The notes under the pieces are model-generated. The model was not told where the DNA came from. It saw nothing but the letters and a program-made list of their open reading frames with translations, and searched no databases. A stretch of DNA of 64,000 nucleotides, from positions 726 to 64,725 of the forward strand of contig CALWTE010000018.1 in the NCBI GenBank assembly GCA_944384375.1, in the 5' to 3' direction. Below are positions 54,123 to 62,253 of the stretch, one piece after another. Position 1 is the first letter of the stretch. Each line of letters opens with the position of its first letter. The stretch is from an uncultured Clostridia bacterium (GTDB taxonomy: Bacteria; Bacillota; Clostridia; Christensenellales; UBA1242). The position numbers were made by a program, and so were the translations under genes.

Positions 54123-55148
54123 CTACTCTCCTTTTTTATGCCATTCTTCTAATTGTGCGTTAGATGTAAACACATTGAGTACTTGTAGTTTATTTTGTAA
54201 AGCCTTTTCAAAATCGCTATATTCATTTGAGTAAATTGTCTTGCCGTCTACACTAAACATACCTATGCGTGTAAGCCTAGATTGAATTTCGGCAGAAGTT
54301 AAGTATTCTATAAATTGTGTGGCTTTTTCTATTTTATTTGTATCAGTTGTGGTTATCGCTATAAATTGTACTAAATCGGTGTAAGTATTTAAGTATCTAT
54401 AATTTATATTACTAATCACTCCTAAGTTTACTTTATTGTTTAGTCTATAAAAATCACGTTGTGTGCCTAGTAGCACTTGAAACTCGTTTCCACGTAAGAA
54501 GCTTTCATATGCTTCATACTGTGTGCGGGGAGTTTTGTCTATTAGGCTAATCTCATTTTCGGGTAATGCTTTGTCTGGTTGGTTATAGTTGTATCCTGTG
54601 CCTATTATAGGTAAATCTTTATTTAAACCCTGTAAACCCGATAGACTTAAATCAGTTATATCATTCATTCCGCAAAGAAGGTATCCACCGAAACACCACG
54701 GAACAGCCAAAGTTTTACCGTCTTTTATTCCCCCCGCTTGCAAATCATTCCTTACAGAAAAGTTTTCTTCTATTACTTGTGCAATTCCAGAGACTAAGTC
54801 ACCCGCCCCCACGCCAAAACTAATCATATCAGGACGGGACCCATTTTCTAGCATAAGTTTTGCTTGCTCTAAATCTAATGAACGCACGAGTACATAATTA
54901 GATTTTGTCTTGTCTTGATACATATAGGCCGTGCGTTCTAAGAAATTTGCTCTACTTGCTGTACCGCCTTCAAAGGTATCAATTTCCCATAACTCCAAAA
55001 AAGTAGTAGTTTCTATATTATTATCTAACCAACCTGTATCGCCCTTTCTTATCTGTGGCAATATAAAATAAGGGGCAACAAGTAAAAACACGGCTACTAT
55101 TATAGCAAAAATAGCAAAAAATATTTTTTCTTTCTTCCCTAAATTCAA
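54123..55148 (-). CDS. Hypothetical membrane-anchored extracytoplasmic protein (solute-binding-protein-like)
   Basis: N-terminal TM plus a roughly 300-aa domain loosely resembling a type-2 periplasmic binding fold. TTG start. The function is not established. Confidence 0.45.
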   Translation of the reverse strand: MNLGKKEKIFFAIFAIIVAVFLLVAPYFILPQIRKGDTGWLDNNIETTTFLELWEIDTFEGGTASRANFLERTAYMYQDKTKSNYVLVRSLDLEQAKLMLENGSRPDMISFGVGAGDLVSGIAQVIEENFSVRNDLQAGGIKDGKTLAVPWCFGGYLLCGMNDITDLSLSGLQGLNKDLPIIGTGYNYNQPDKALPENEISLIDKTPRTQYEAYESFLRGNEFQVLLGTQRDFYRLNNKVNLGVISNINYRYLNTYTDLVQFIAITTTDTNKIEKATQFIEYLTSAEIQSRLTRIGMFSVDGKTIYSNEYSDFEKALQNKLQVLNVFTSNAQLEEWHKKGE

Positions 55149-55187
55149 AAAACACCCCCATAGAACTGCTATATTCTATGCAGGTGT
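55146..55187 (-). terminator. Extended hairpin plus U-run whose 3' arm contains the RBS, and whose U-run contains the TTG start, of the downstream gene
   Basis: ACACC-UG-CAUAGAA-loop-UUCUAUG-GG-GGUGU followed by UUUUUG. Confidence 0.4.
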
Positions 55188-55303
55188 TTCGTTAAAAATT
55201 ATATAGTAAACTAATTTATATGATATTTAATTAAAATTTACTTTGTGTTAATTTTTAATACCTATTATTTACTATTAAAAAGTAAATTTGGTATTGCTTT
55301 TTC

Positions 55304-57133
55304 TTACTCGCCACTTAAAAACTCGTGGATAACGATGGCGTCTTTTTCTGAAATGCTGTCCACTTGACGTAATTCTTCTATTGATGCGTTCTTTATATTC
55401 TCAATAGACTTAAAGTGTCTAATTAAATTTTTACGCTTCTTTGCGCCTATCCCGTCTATTTCTTCTAAGATACTGGTAACTTTATTCCTTAAACTCCTAT
55501 GGAATGTTATCGCAAATCTATGTGATTCGTCACGGATACGTTGTAACAATTTTAATGAATTGTGCGAACGCGGAATAATTATAGGGTCGCTTTTGTTCGG
55601 TAAAAAGACTTCTTCTTCACGTTTTGCTAAACCTATCATAGGCACGTTATAGCCACAATCTTGCATTGCTTTTACCGCATTTGACAATTGCCCTTTACCA
55701 CCGTCTATTACAATCAAATCAGGCTTACTGCTAAAACTTGGGTCTGTATTACCTTCTTTCTTTAACTCATTAAACCTACGAGTGATTACTTCTCGCATAC
55801 TTGCAAAGTCGTTAGCACCTTCAACAGTCTTAATATGGAACTTCCTATAATGGCTGGTTTTTGCCACACCGTCTATAAACACAACCATAGAAGCAACACT
55901 CAACAGCCCGCCGATATTTGAAATATCATAACATTCCATTCTGCGTGGTGGTCTCGGTAAACCTAAGATTTCGCCCAACTTCTCAACCGCCCCTGTTGTT
56001 AAATCTTGAGTTCGTTTTTCTTTTTCTACTGCTTTGTCTAGATACATTTCGGCATTTTTCTGTGCTATATCAAGTAATTTCTTTTTCTCGCCTTTCTTTG
56101 GATAAATGAGTTCTACTCCACTTGTCCTACCAACTGCACCTTGCTTGCGCTGTTCGGTAAGCCATTCTCTTAATGAATAGCTATCTTCAAAAGGTATCAA
56201 GACTTGTTCTGGTGGCAATGCCGAAGTTGAATAGTATTGAGTAATAAACTGGGTAAGGCTTTCTTCTAAATTTAATTCGGCATCTACTAAATGAAAGCAA
56301 TCTACCCCCACACTTCTTCCGCCACGAACGACAAGGACAGCGATGCTTGCAACTGAGCCGTTACTAGCCCACGCAAAAGCGTCAATATTATCAAGATTAG
56401 GCATAAAGGTAAGAGTTTTTTGCTTGATTCTGTCTAAAATATTTAAGTTATCGCGAATGTTCATTGCTAACTCAAACTGCTCATTATCAGCCAGACGTTG
56501 CATTTTTTCGTATAGAATTTGCTGTACTTCGCTATACTTACCATTTAAGAAGTCAATCGCCTTTTTTACGTATTTTGCATACTCTTGTTTTGTGATATAT
56601 TTTACGCAAGGAGCGGAACACAACCCTAAATCGTAATTTATGCAAGGACGCGAACGCTTAGGCGGATTAGCACCTTTACACATTCGCAAAGGGTATGCAT
56701 TGTTTATCATTTTTATTAAATCTAACGGTCTAACACCAGCAAAATATGGCCCAAAATATTTTGCGCCGTCCCTTTTTAACTTGCGGGTAATTTCTAAATG
56801 TGGAAAGTCTTGTTTTAAATCTATTCTTATATAAGGATAAGATTTCCCGTCTTTTAGCAAAATATTGTAATACGGCTGATAACGTTTGATTAGATTGTTT
56901 TCTAGGGCAAGCGCTTCGGCCTCGTTTGGTGTAATAATATAGTAAAAATCAGCAATGTTTTTAACCATACTAGTTACTTTTAGTGTATGGTTTTTGTTGT
57001 GCTGAAAATATTGCGAAACACGGTTTTTTAGGTTTTTTGCCTTACCGACATAAATCACTTCGCCATTCGCGTCTTTCATTATATATACTCCGCTATTTGT
57101 AGGGAGTTCTTGTATTTTCGTTTTTAAATCCAT
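55304..57133 (-). CDS. uvrC: Excinuclease ABC subunit C
   Basis: GIY-YIG (GVYIMKD..YVGKAKNL), UVR domain, Endo V-like region and C-terminal (HhH)2. I prefer the ATG at 57133 (MDLKTK). The track TTG is at 57151. Confidence 0.95.
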   Translation of the reverse strand: MDLKTKIQELPTNSGVYIMKDANGEVIYVGKAKNLKNRVSQYFQHNKNHTLKVTSMVKNIADFYYIITPNEAEALALENNLIKRYQPYYNILLKDGKSYPYIRIDLKQDFPHLEITRKLKRDGAKYFGPYFAGVRPLDLIKMINNAYPLRMCKGANPPKRSRPCINYDLGLCSAPCVKYITKQEYAKYVKKAIDFLNGKYSEVQQILYEKMQRLADNEQFELAMNIRDNLNILDRIKQKTLTFMPNLDNIDAFAWASNGSVASIAVLVVRGGRSVGVDCFHLVDAELNLEESLTQFITQYYSTSALPPEQVLIPFEDSYSLREWLTEQRKQGAVGRTSGVELIYPKKGEKKKLLDIAQKNAEMYLDKAVEKEKRTQDLTTGAVEKLGEILGLPRPPRRMECYDISNIGGLLSVASMVVFIDGVAKTSHYRKFHIKTVEGANDFASMREVITRRFNELKKEGNTDPSFSSKPDLIVIDGGKGQLSNAVKAMQDCGYNVPMIGLAKREEEVFLPNKSDPIIIPRSHNSLKLLQRIRDESHRFAITFHRSLRNKVTSILEEIDGIGAKKRKNLIRHFKSIENIKNASIEELRQVDSISEKDAIVIHEFLSGE

Positions 57134-57139
57134 ATTTAA

Positions 57140-57168
57140 ATTATATAACAAAAGAATTTAAAAGACAA
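57140..57168 (-). promoter_or_regulatory. Candidate promoter TTGTCT-17-TATAAT ending 6 nt before the uvrC ATG (possible leaderless mRNA)
   Basis: Hexamers and spacing read on the minus strand. There is no Shine-Dalgarno between the -10 and the ATG. Confidence 0.4.
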
Positions 57169-57243
57169 TAAGTCTAACTAAAATTAACAAAATTTATAAA
57201 AATTTCATATTATCTTTTGGCAAATTTTTTTAGGAGAATAACT

Positions 57244-57468
57244 ATGACTATTTCTCAAGCATTAGTAATTGTGTTACTAATTTCTATTTGGGCGGGTACT
57301 ACTGGCGCAGACCTTGCGACAAACTCAAATATACTTATTATTTTACTTATTGCACTAATCGCACTTGCGGGGGTAACAACACTTACAAATAATTTAACAA
57401 ATAATTTCAATCCTTGTCGCAACCGTATAATTTCCACTAATGGCACAATCACGCAAACGTTGTTCTAA
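57244..57468 (+). CDS. Hypothetical small membrane protein (74 aa)
   Basis: ATG with TAGGAG 7 nt upstream. Two hydrophobic segments followed by an Asn/Thr-rich tail. The track start at 57217 is an upstream TTG. Confidence 0.4.
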   Translation: MTISQALVIVLLISIWAGTTGADLATNSNILIILLIALIALAGVTTLTNNLTNNFNPCRNRIISTNGTITQTLF

Positions 57469-57732
57469 ATCACTTTTAGAAAAATTGTCTAATTTTAAAA
57501 TAAAAATTTTCATCAATCAACAAACTAAAACACGTCTTTTTTAGTACAAATTATCAAAAAACTTTAACTTAAATCACCCCCAAACCATTAAACTACAATA
57601 CAAGTATGGTTTTAAAAACAAAAAAAGATTTTATCTTAATTGTGAACAGCACCCTAAAAGTTGGACACCTTTGGAGGTGTAGTTCATTGATAAAGTCCTT
57701 TTTTATATTATTCTATTTTAAAGTTTTGTCTT

Positions 57733-59250
57733 TTACTGGTCTGTTTCTTCTAATATTTCGTCTGCTGTCTTCTTGCTTTCTTCTTTTGCAACTTTCTTTG
57801 TATCAATATCTAAATTATTTTCTTCATTGCCTTGCAACACTTGACCAAGTTTCTTTTTATCAACTCGGCTTTTCTTGCTTGCTTTTGATTTTAGCACGAT
57901 GTCTAATTTTTTGTCGCTATCGTCAATAGTTTCTTTCTTTTTGTTTTTAGTCGCCTGCAATTTTTTAAAGTCGTCCTCTTCCTTTTCAAAAACAACTTGA
58001 TTTGCGTTGTCTTGTGTCAAATCTAGCATTTCCGAAATATCGTAGAAATTACTATCAATGACACCCGCTTCCACAAGCTCTTCATGCTCACGACGTGCTT
58101 CTCTAACTTGTAATTTTTCGTTCATATAAATCATAATTACAGAAGCAATAGGTGCAGACAAAACCATTCCCGCAACACCGAACATTGCACCACCTATAAC
58201 TAATGCTAAAATTATTACAAGAGCGCGGGTATTCATACGTTTACTCATAACGAAAGATGGCAAGAACGTGGTTACAATTGCCCATTCTGCTATTCCAAAC
58301 ACAAACGCCATTAAGAATAGGTTTAAGTCTCCTGCCATAAGCGTAACCATAAGCAGTGGAACGGCTGCGATAAATCCACCTAAGTATGGAATAATAGATA
58401 AAATACCTAAAATTAGAGCCATCATAAATGAGTATGGTACGCCCATTATTGCATAACCTATCCACGCAATAACAAATACAGTGAAACACACAATTAATGT
58501 AGAAACTACGTATTGATTTAACATATCATTTGTGCGATGTGTGATAGTAATAATTTCTTCCGCTTGTTTACGTGGGTAGTATGCATAAGTGTATCTTCTA
58601 GCAGTTTTTGAGATTAATTCTTTGTCCTTTAACAAAAGGAAAGAAATTAAGAATCCCATAATTATAGAGAATAAAACTTGAAATATTCCTATTGCATTTT
58701 CTAGATTAATTGAATTAACTAAATCAGTAATATACGTTTGAAGTTGCTGTATAATTGAATTTGCTGTATTTACGGCATCATCACTAGAAACACCAAAAAA
58801 TTGTATAACGCTGACTAAAACTTCTTGAATTTTATCCATTAATTCACTTAATTGCGTTTGGTCCGCAAATTGTTGCACTAAGCCTATTATACTAGGTGCT
58901 GCTAAGGCAAAAATTAAAATAATTAGCCCGAAAGTTACTAGATACAATATAGTTAACGATATTGCTCTTTTGTACTTTGTCGCCCTTGCATTACCTACAA
59001 AAAGATTTTTCATTAATTTGTTTTCAAGTAGGCTGATAGGTTTTAAGAACAAAAACGAAATTACTACCGCAATAATTATCGGGGTAAGACCAGCGAGTAA
59101 ACTATTAAATAATCTACTAATCGTGTCACCCGCCATTGAAGATAGCAGTAAGGCCGCAAGCATTGCTATAAACAACCAAACATACCATTTACGCATTTTA
59201 CCCTGACCATTTGGATTTTCTGGATAGTTGTTATTATTTTCCATAACCAA
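57733..59250 (-). CDS. AI-2E family transporter (PerM/YtvI-like) with a charged C-terminal tail of about 125 aa
   Basis: About 8 TM segments with the AI-2E-type layout. The tail is rich in K/E/D. Confidence 0.75.
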   Translation of the reverse strand: MVMENNNNYPENPNGQGKMRKWYVWLFIAMLAALLLSSMAGDTISRLFNSLLAGLTPIIIAVVISFLFLKPISLLENKLMKNLFVGNARATKYKRAISLTILYLVTFGLIILIFALAAPSIIGLVQQFADQTQLSELMDKIQEVLVSVIQFFGVSSDDAVNTANSIIQQLQTYITDLVNSINLENAIGIFQVLFSIIMGFLISFLLLKDKELISKTARRYTYAYYPRKQAEEIITITHRTNDMLNQYVVSTLIVCFTVFVIAWIGYAIMGVPYSFMMALILGILSIIPYLGGFIAAVPLLMVTLMAGDLNLFLMAFVFGIAEWAIVTTFLPSFVMSKRMNTRALVIILALVIGGAMFGVAGMVLSAPIASVIMIYMNEKLQVREARREHEELVEAGVIDSNFYDISEMLDLTQDNANQVVFEKEEDDFKKLQATKNKKKETIDDSDKKLDIVLKSKASKKSRVDKKKLGQVLQGNEENNLDIDTKKVAKEESKKTADEILEETDQ

Positions 59251-59253
59251 AAA

Positions 59254-60747
59254 CTACTCCTTTTTATTTTTTACACTTGTACTTGATTTGAAATTTACAT
59301 ATTTTTCAGTATCTTTTTTGCCCTTCTTTGTAGTCTGTGCATTGACGACTGCGTTTTTTAGATTTTCTGCCTTTGCCCTATCTTCGTCTTTAAAACGTTG
59401 CAAAAGTGGGGCAATTTTCCTATTACCTATTAAGAAGTCATATAACAAAACGAGCGCGCCTTGTAATAAGTATGCGTAGTATGTGAAGAAACGCCAGAAT
59501 AGAATTGCCCAAACAAACACACCTGTATCTTTAAAGTATGTTTGGAAAAGTGCTGAGAATGAAAGTTCCGCTGTACCTGCTCCACCTGGAATAGGGATAA
59601 AACTAAGTGCTAAATCACAAACAACTTGGAAAATAAGGAAGGTAAACCATAATGAAGGGTTAAATTCTACAAAAATACAATAAACTATAAATGGAATTGA
59701 ATAAACGAGGGTTAAGTAAACTACACTAAGCAAGAACTGGAATAACGCCATCCAACCACTTTTCATAAACATTTTAAAGGTCGTAGTATATTCCTTAACC
59801 GTACGCATTACGCGTCTAAATGACGAGCGGTAATCCTTTACTATATGCATTTTTGCACCTAATTTTAAAAGCCAAATCATTATTCTAGGTGCAGTTTTTT
59901 TACTAATTGATAAGAAAAATACTGCTGCAATAAGTAAAACATTGAGTGCTAACCCTACCCAACTAAGAGTATAAAGCACAGGGTTAATATGTAAGTCCAT
60001 TGTGAAACTTACAAATAAAATAATTAAGGTATAAATTATAAAAGTTACTTGACTATAAAAATACTTTGCTAGTGGTACACTTGATGCAGTACTTGCGTTT
60101 AGTCCACGTTTTGCTAAGTAGTAAATTTGGAAGGGTTGTCCACCCGTTGCCAAAGGTGTAATACTATCATAAAAACGACAAATTAAAGTAGATTTATAAC
60201 TTAAATATGGCCGACTCCGCCCTGTTGCCTTTTTTACGGTAATTGAAACACGCATTGAGTCAACCACATTTATTAACATAAATACGACAACGGCAATTAG
60301 CAGCCACCACCAGTTTATAGTGGAAGTTAATAAGACCGAAATAGACACAGGTTCTTCATTGCTAAATTGATATATCAGTATTCCTGCTAAAATTGCTAGG
60401 TTAAGCATCAAAAAACCGAAACTTAACCACTTTTTCTTGTTACTTTGCTGTTTTTCTACTGATTTTAAAGTGGTTTCTATTAATTCTTTTGTGCTTTCTT
60501 CTTTATCAATTTCTTGCTCTAGATGTGGTATTAAATTCTCGGTCGTAACTATTTCGTCTTGTAGATTTTTGTCTATTATATTTTCGTTTGGTGCTAAGGT
60601 AGATGTTTTTTGCTTTTGATGAAAAGAGAAGGATTTTTTTAGGCGTGCAAAAGGAAAAATCTTGTTTTTATACAAGATTGGCTGTGTTATTTTGTTATTT
60701 TGCGTTACCTGCTCTACTGACTTTTCGCTTTCTTTTCTTTCACTCAT
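59254..60747 (-). CDS. Flippase-like / lysyl-PG-synthase TM-region family (UPF0104) membrane protein
   Basis: Hydrophilic N-terminus of about 105 aa, about 8 TM segments, a PIPGGAGTAE motif and a basic C-terminal tail. Confidence 0.7.
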   Translation of the reverse strand: MSERKESEKSVEQVTQNNKITQPILYKNKIFPFARLKKSFSFHQKQKTSTLAPNENIIDKNLQDEIVTTENLIPHLEQEIDKEESTKELIETTLKSVEKQQSNKKKWLSFGFLMLNLAILAGILIYQFSNEEPVSISVLLTSTINWWWLLIAVVVFMLINVVDSMRVSITVKKATGRSRPYLSYKSTLICRFYDSITPLATGGQPFQIYYLAKRGLNASTASSVPLAKYFYSQVTFIIYTLIILFVSFTMDLHINPVLYTLSWVGLALNVLLIAAVFFLSISKKTAPRIMIWLLKLGAKMHIVKDYRSSFRRVMRTVKEYTTTFKMFMKSGWMALFQFLLSVVYLTLVYSIPFIVYCIFVEFNPSLWFTFLIFQVVCDLALSFIPIPGGAGTAELSFSALFQTYFKDTGVFVWAILFWRFFTYYAYLLQGALVLLYDFLIGNRKIAPLLQRFKDEDRAKAENLKNAVVNAQTTKKGKKDTEKYVNFKSSTSVKNKKE

Positions 60748-60788
60748 TATGATTTTATTTCTACCTTAAAACAAATAAAATTCAATAT

Positions 60789-60817
60789 ATAATATCAAAT
60801 GTTTGCCATTTTGTCAA
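60789..60817 (-). promoter_or_regulatory. Candidate sigma-A promoter (TTGACA-17-TGaTATTAT)
   Basis: Consensus -35, 17-nt spacer and an extended -10, read on the minus strand upstream of 60747. Confidence 0.55.
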
Positions 60818-60842
60818 AAGAAAAATATGCAAAAGTAGGCTT

Positions 60843-62189
60843 TTATGCCCAATTTTGCATATTATATTTGATTAAACCAAATTTTTTAGTATTTTCAGTA
60901 ACTCGCAACTGCTCTGAAATATCCACACCCGCAACCGCTAGCACTTCACTACCTACTGCTAAAACTGGTAAATAGTTCCTCAACCTAACAGGAATTTTTT
61001 TGTCCATAAAATATGTCTTTAATTTTTTAACTCCACCCCCGAATTTTTCTATAAAGTCGCCTTCTTTTCTAATACGCCACTTTGCATTTTCGGGTACTTT
61101 GTCTAAATCAATCAAAAGACTACCTTCTACTAACTCACCAGTTTTTGCTCTGCTTACTTTTAATTTACCATAATCACCGAATGTAATTGTACCGATTTTA
61201 AAATCATATTCGGTATTAACAACTAAACGTGGTCTTTTCCTAGCAATTGTAATGTAGTCGTACTCACGATAGATATCTATATTCTCTGGTAAATTGATTT
61301 TTGCGCCGTTCTCACTTTTCTTCGCTAGATTAATGATGGCTTCAAAATGTTTTCTCTCAATATTTTTTGTAACGCCTAATTTGTTCATACAATCGCTAAG
61401 TAAACGCATTACAAGTGCTGGGCTATAAACAAAGTACGTTAGCGGAATCTTTACAATATTCTTTTCTTCTAACAAGCCATCAAAATGCATTAAATTTCTA
61501 ATAAAACTATCGTCTTCCTTACAAACTTTGCCAAAGTTACTTAAATTAGCGTCTACTTGTGGCCAAACTGTACGTAAAACTGGCATAATTTGTTGCCTTA
61601 AAAGATTACGTGAAATAGTCGTGTCGGCGTTGGTTTCGTCTTCTAGATAGTCAATATTGTTTTCATATACATACTGCAAAATTTCGTCTTTTGGAGTATC
61701 AAGAAATGGGCGAACGTAAAAATCGTCTCTAATATAACTCATTCCGCTAGCGCCTTTTAGTCCACTGCCACGTAAAATGTGCAATAGAATTGTCTCTGCT
61801 TGGTCTCTTTGGTGATGTGCCAGAGCGATATAGTCAACAATACCACGTTTCTTCAAGTTTTCAAACACGCCAAAGCGCCCTTCCCTACAAGCATCTTCCA
61901 TTGATAGTCCTTTTTGACTAGCAAGAATTGCTGCTTCTATTCTAAATTTATAAAAACGGATATTGTTTTCTCTACAATAATCTTGTACGAAAATTGCATC
62001 GCTTTCGTCATTTTCGCGTGTGCCGTGAATTACGTTTATTGCTACGACATCAATGTCAAGTTTTTCCTTGTTGCTATTCAAAAAATGAAGTAGCGCCATA
62101 CTGTCAGAGCCACCGCTTACGCCTACCCCTACAATACTACCAGGTTTAAATAACTTTTCCTTGTTGATTAATTCCAAAACTTTTTCCAT
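60843..62189 (-). CDS. tilS: tRNA(Ile)-lysidine synthase TilS
   Basis: PP-loop GVSGGSDS and a C-terminal TilS substrate domain (LAVGSEVLAVAGV). Confidence 0.9.
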   Translation of the reverse strand: MEKVLELINKEKLFKPGSIVGVGVSGGSDSMALLHFLNSNKEKLDIDVVAINVIHGTRENDESDAIFVQDYCRENNIRFYKFRIEAAILASQKGLSMEDACREGRFGVFENLKKRGIVDYIALAHHQRDQAETILLHILRGSGLKGASGMSYIRDDFYVRPFLDTPKDEILQYVYENNIDYLEDETNADTTISRNLLRQQIMPVLRTVWPQVDANLSNFGKVCKEDDSFIRNLMHFDGLLEEKNIVKIPLTYFVYSPALVMRLLSDCMNKLGVTKNIERKHFEAIINLAKKSENGAKINLPENIDIYREYDYITIARKRPRLVVNTEYDFKIGTITFGDYGKLKVSRAKTGELVEGSLLIDLDKVPENAKWRIRKEGDFIEKFGGGVKKLKTYFMDKKIPVRLRNYLPVLAVGSEVLAVAGVDISEQLRVTENTKKFGLIKYNMQNWA

Positions 62190-62253
62190 ACTTTCTCCTA
62201 AATATTATTATACTATAAAATTATATAATATACAATAGAAGAATTTAAATTTA

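Noticed and set aside
55258-55297. Composite hairpin (AAUACC..AUUUACU-loop-AGUAAAU..GGUAUU) just after uvrC as its terminator
   Set aside because: On the minus strand (the uvrC sense) it is followed by an A-run, not a U-run. The U-run is on the plus strand, where no gene ends. It is left uncalled and might act as a weak or bidirectional element.
57393-57512. 39-codon minus-strand ORF (MKIFILKLDNFSKSDLEQ...) antisense to the 3' end of the small plus-strand gene
   Set aside because: It has no RBS. The plus-strand ORF has a good RBS and a membrane-protein-like sequence.
57606-57929. 107-aa plus-strand ORF overlapping the 3' end of the AI-2E transporter gene
   Set aside because: It is antisense to the coding tail of a supported gene. 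It has a Leu/Phe/Ser/Cys-rich junk-like sequence and no RBS.
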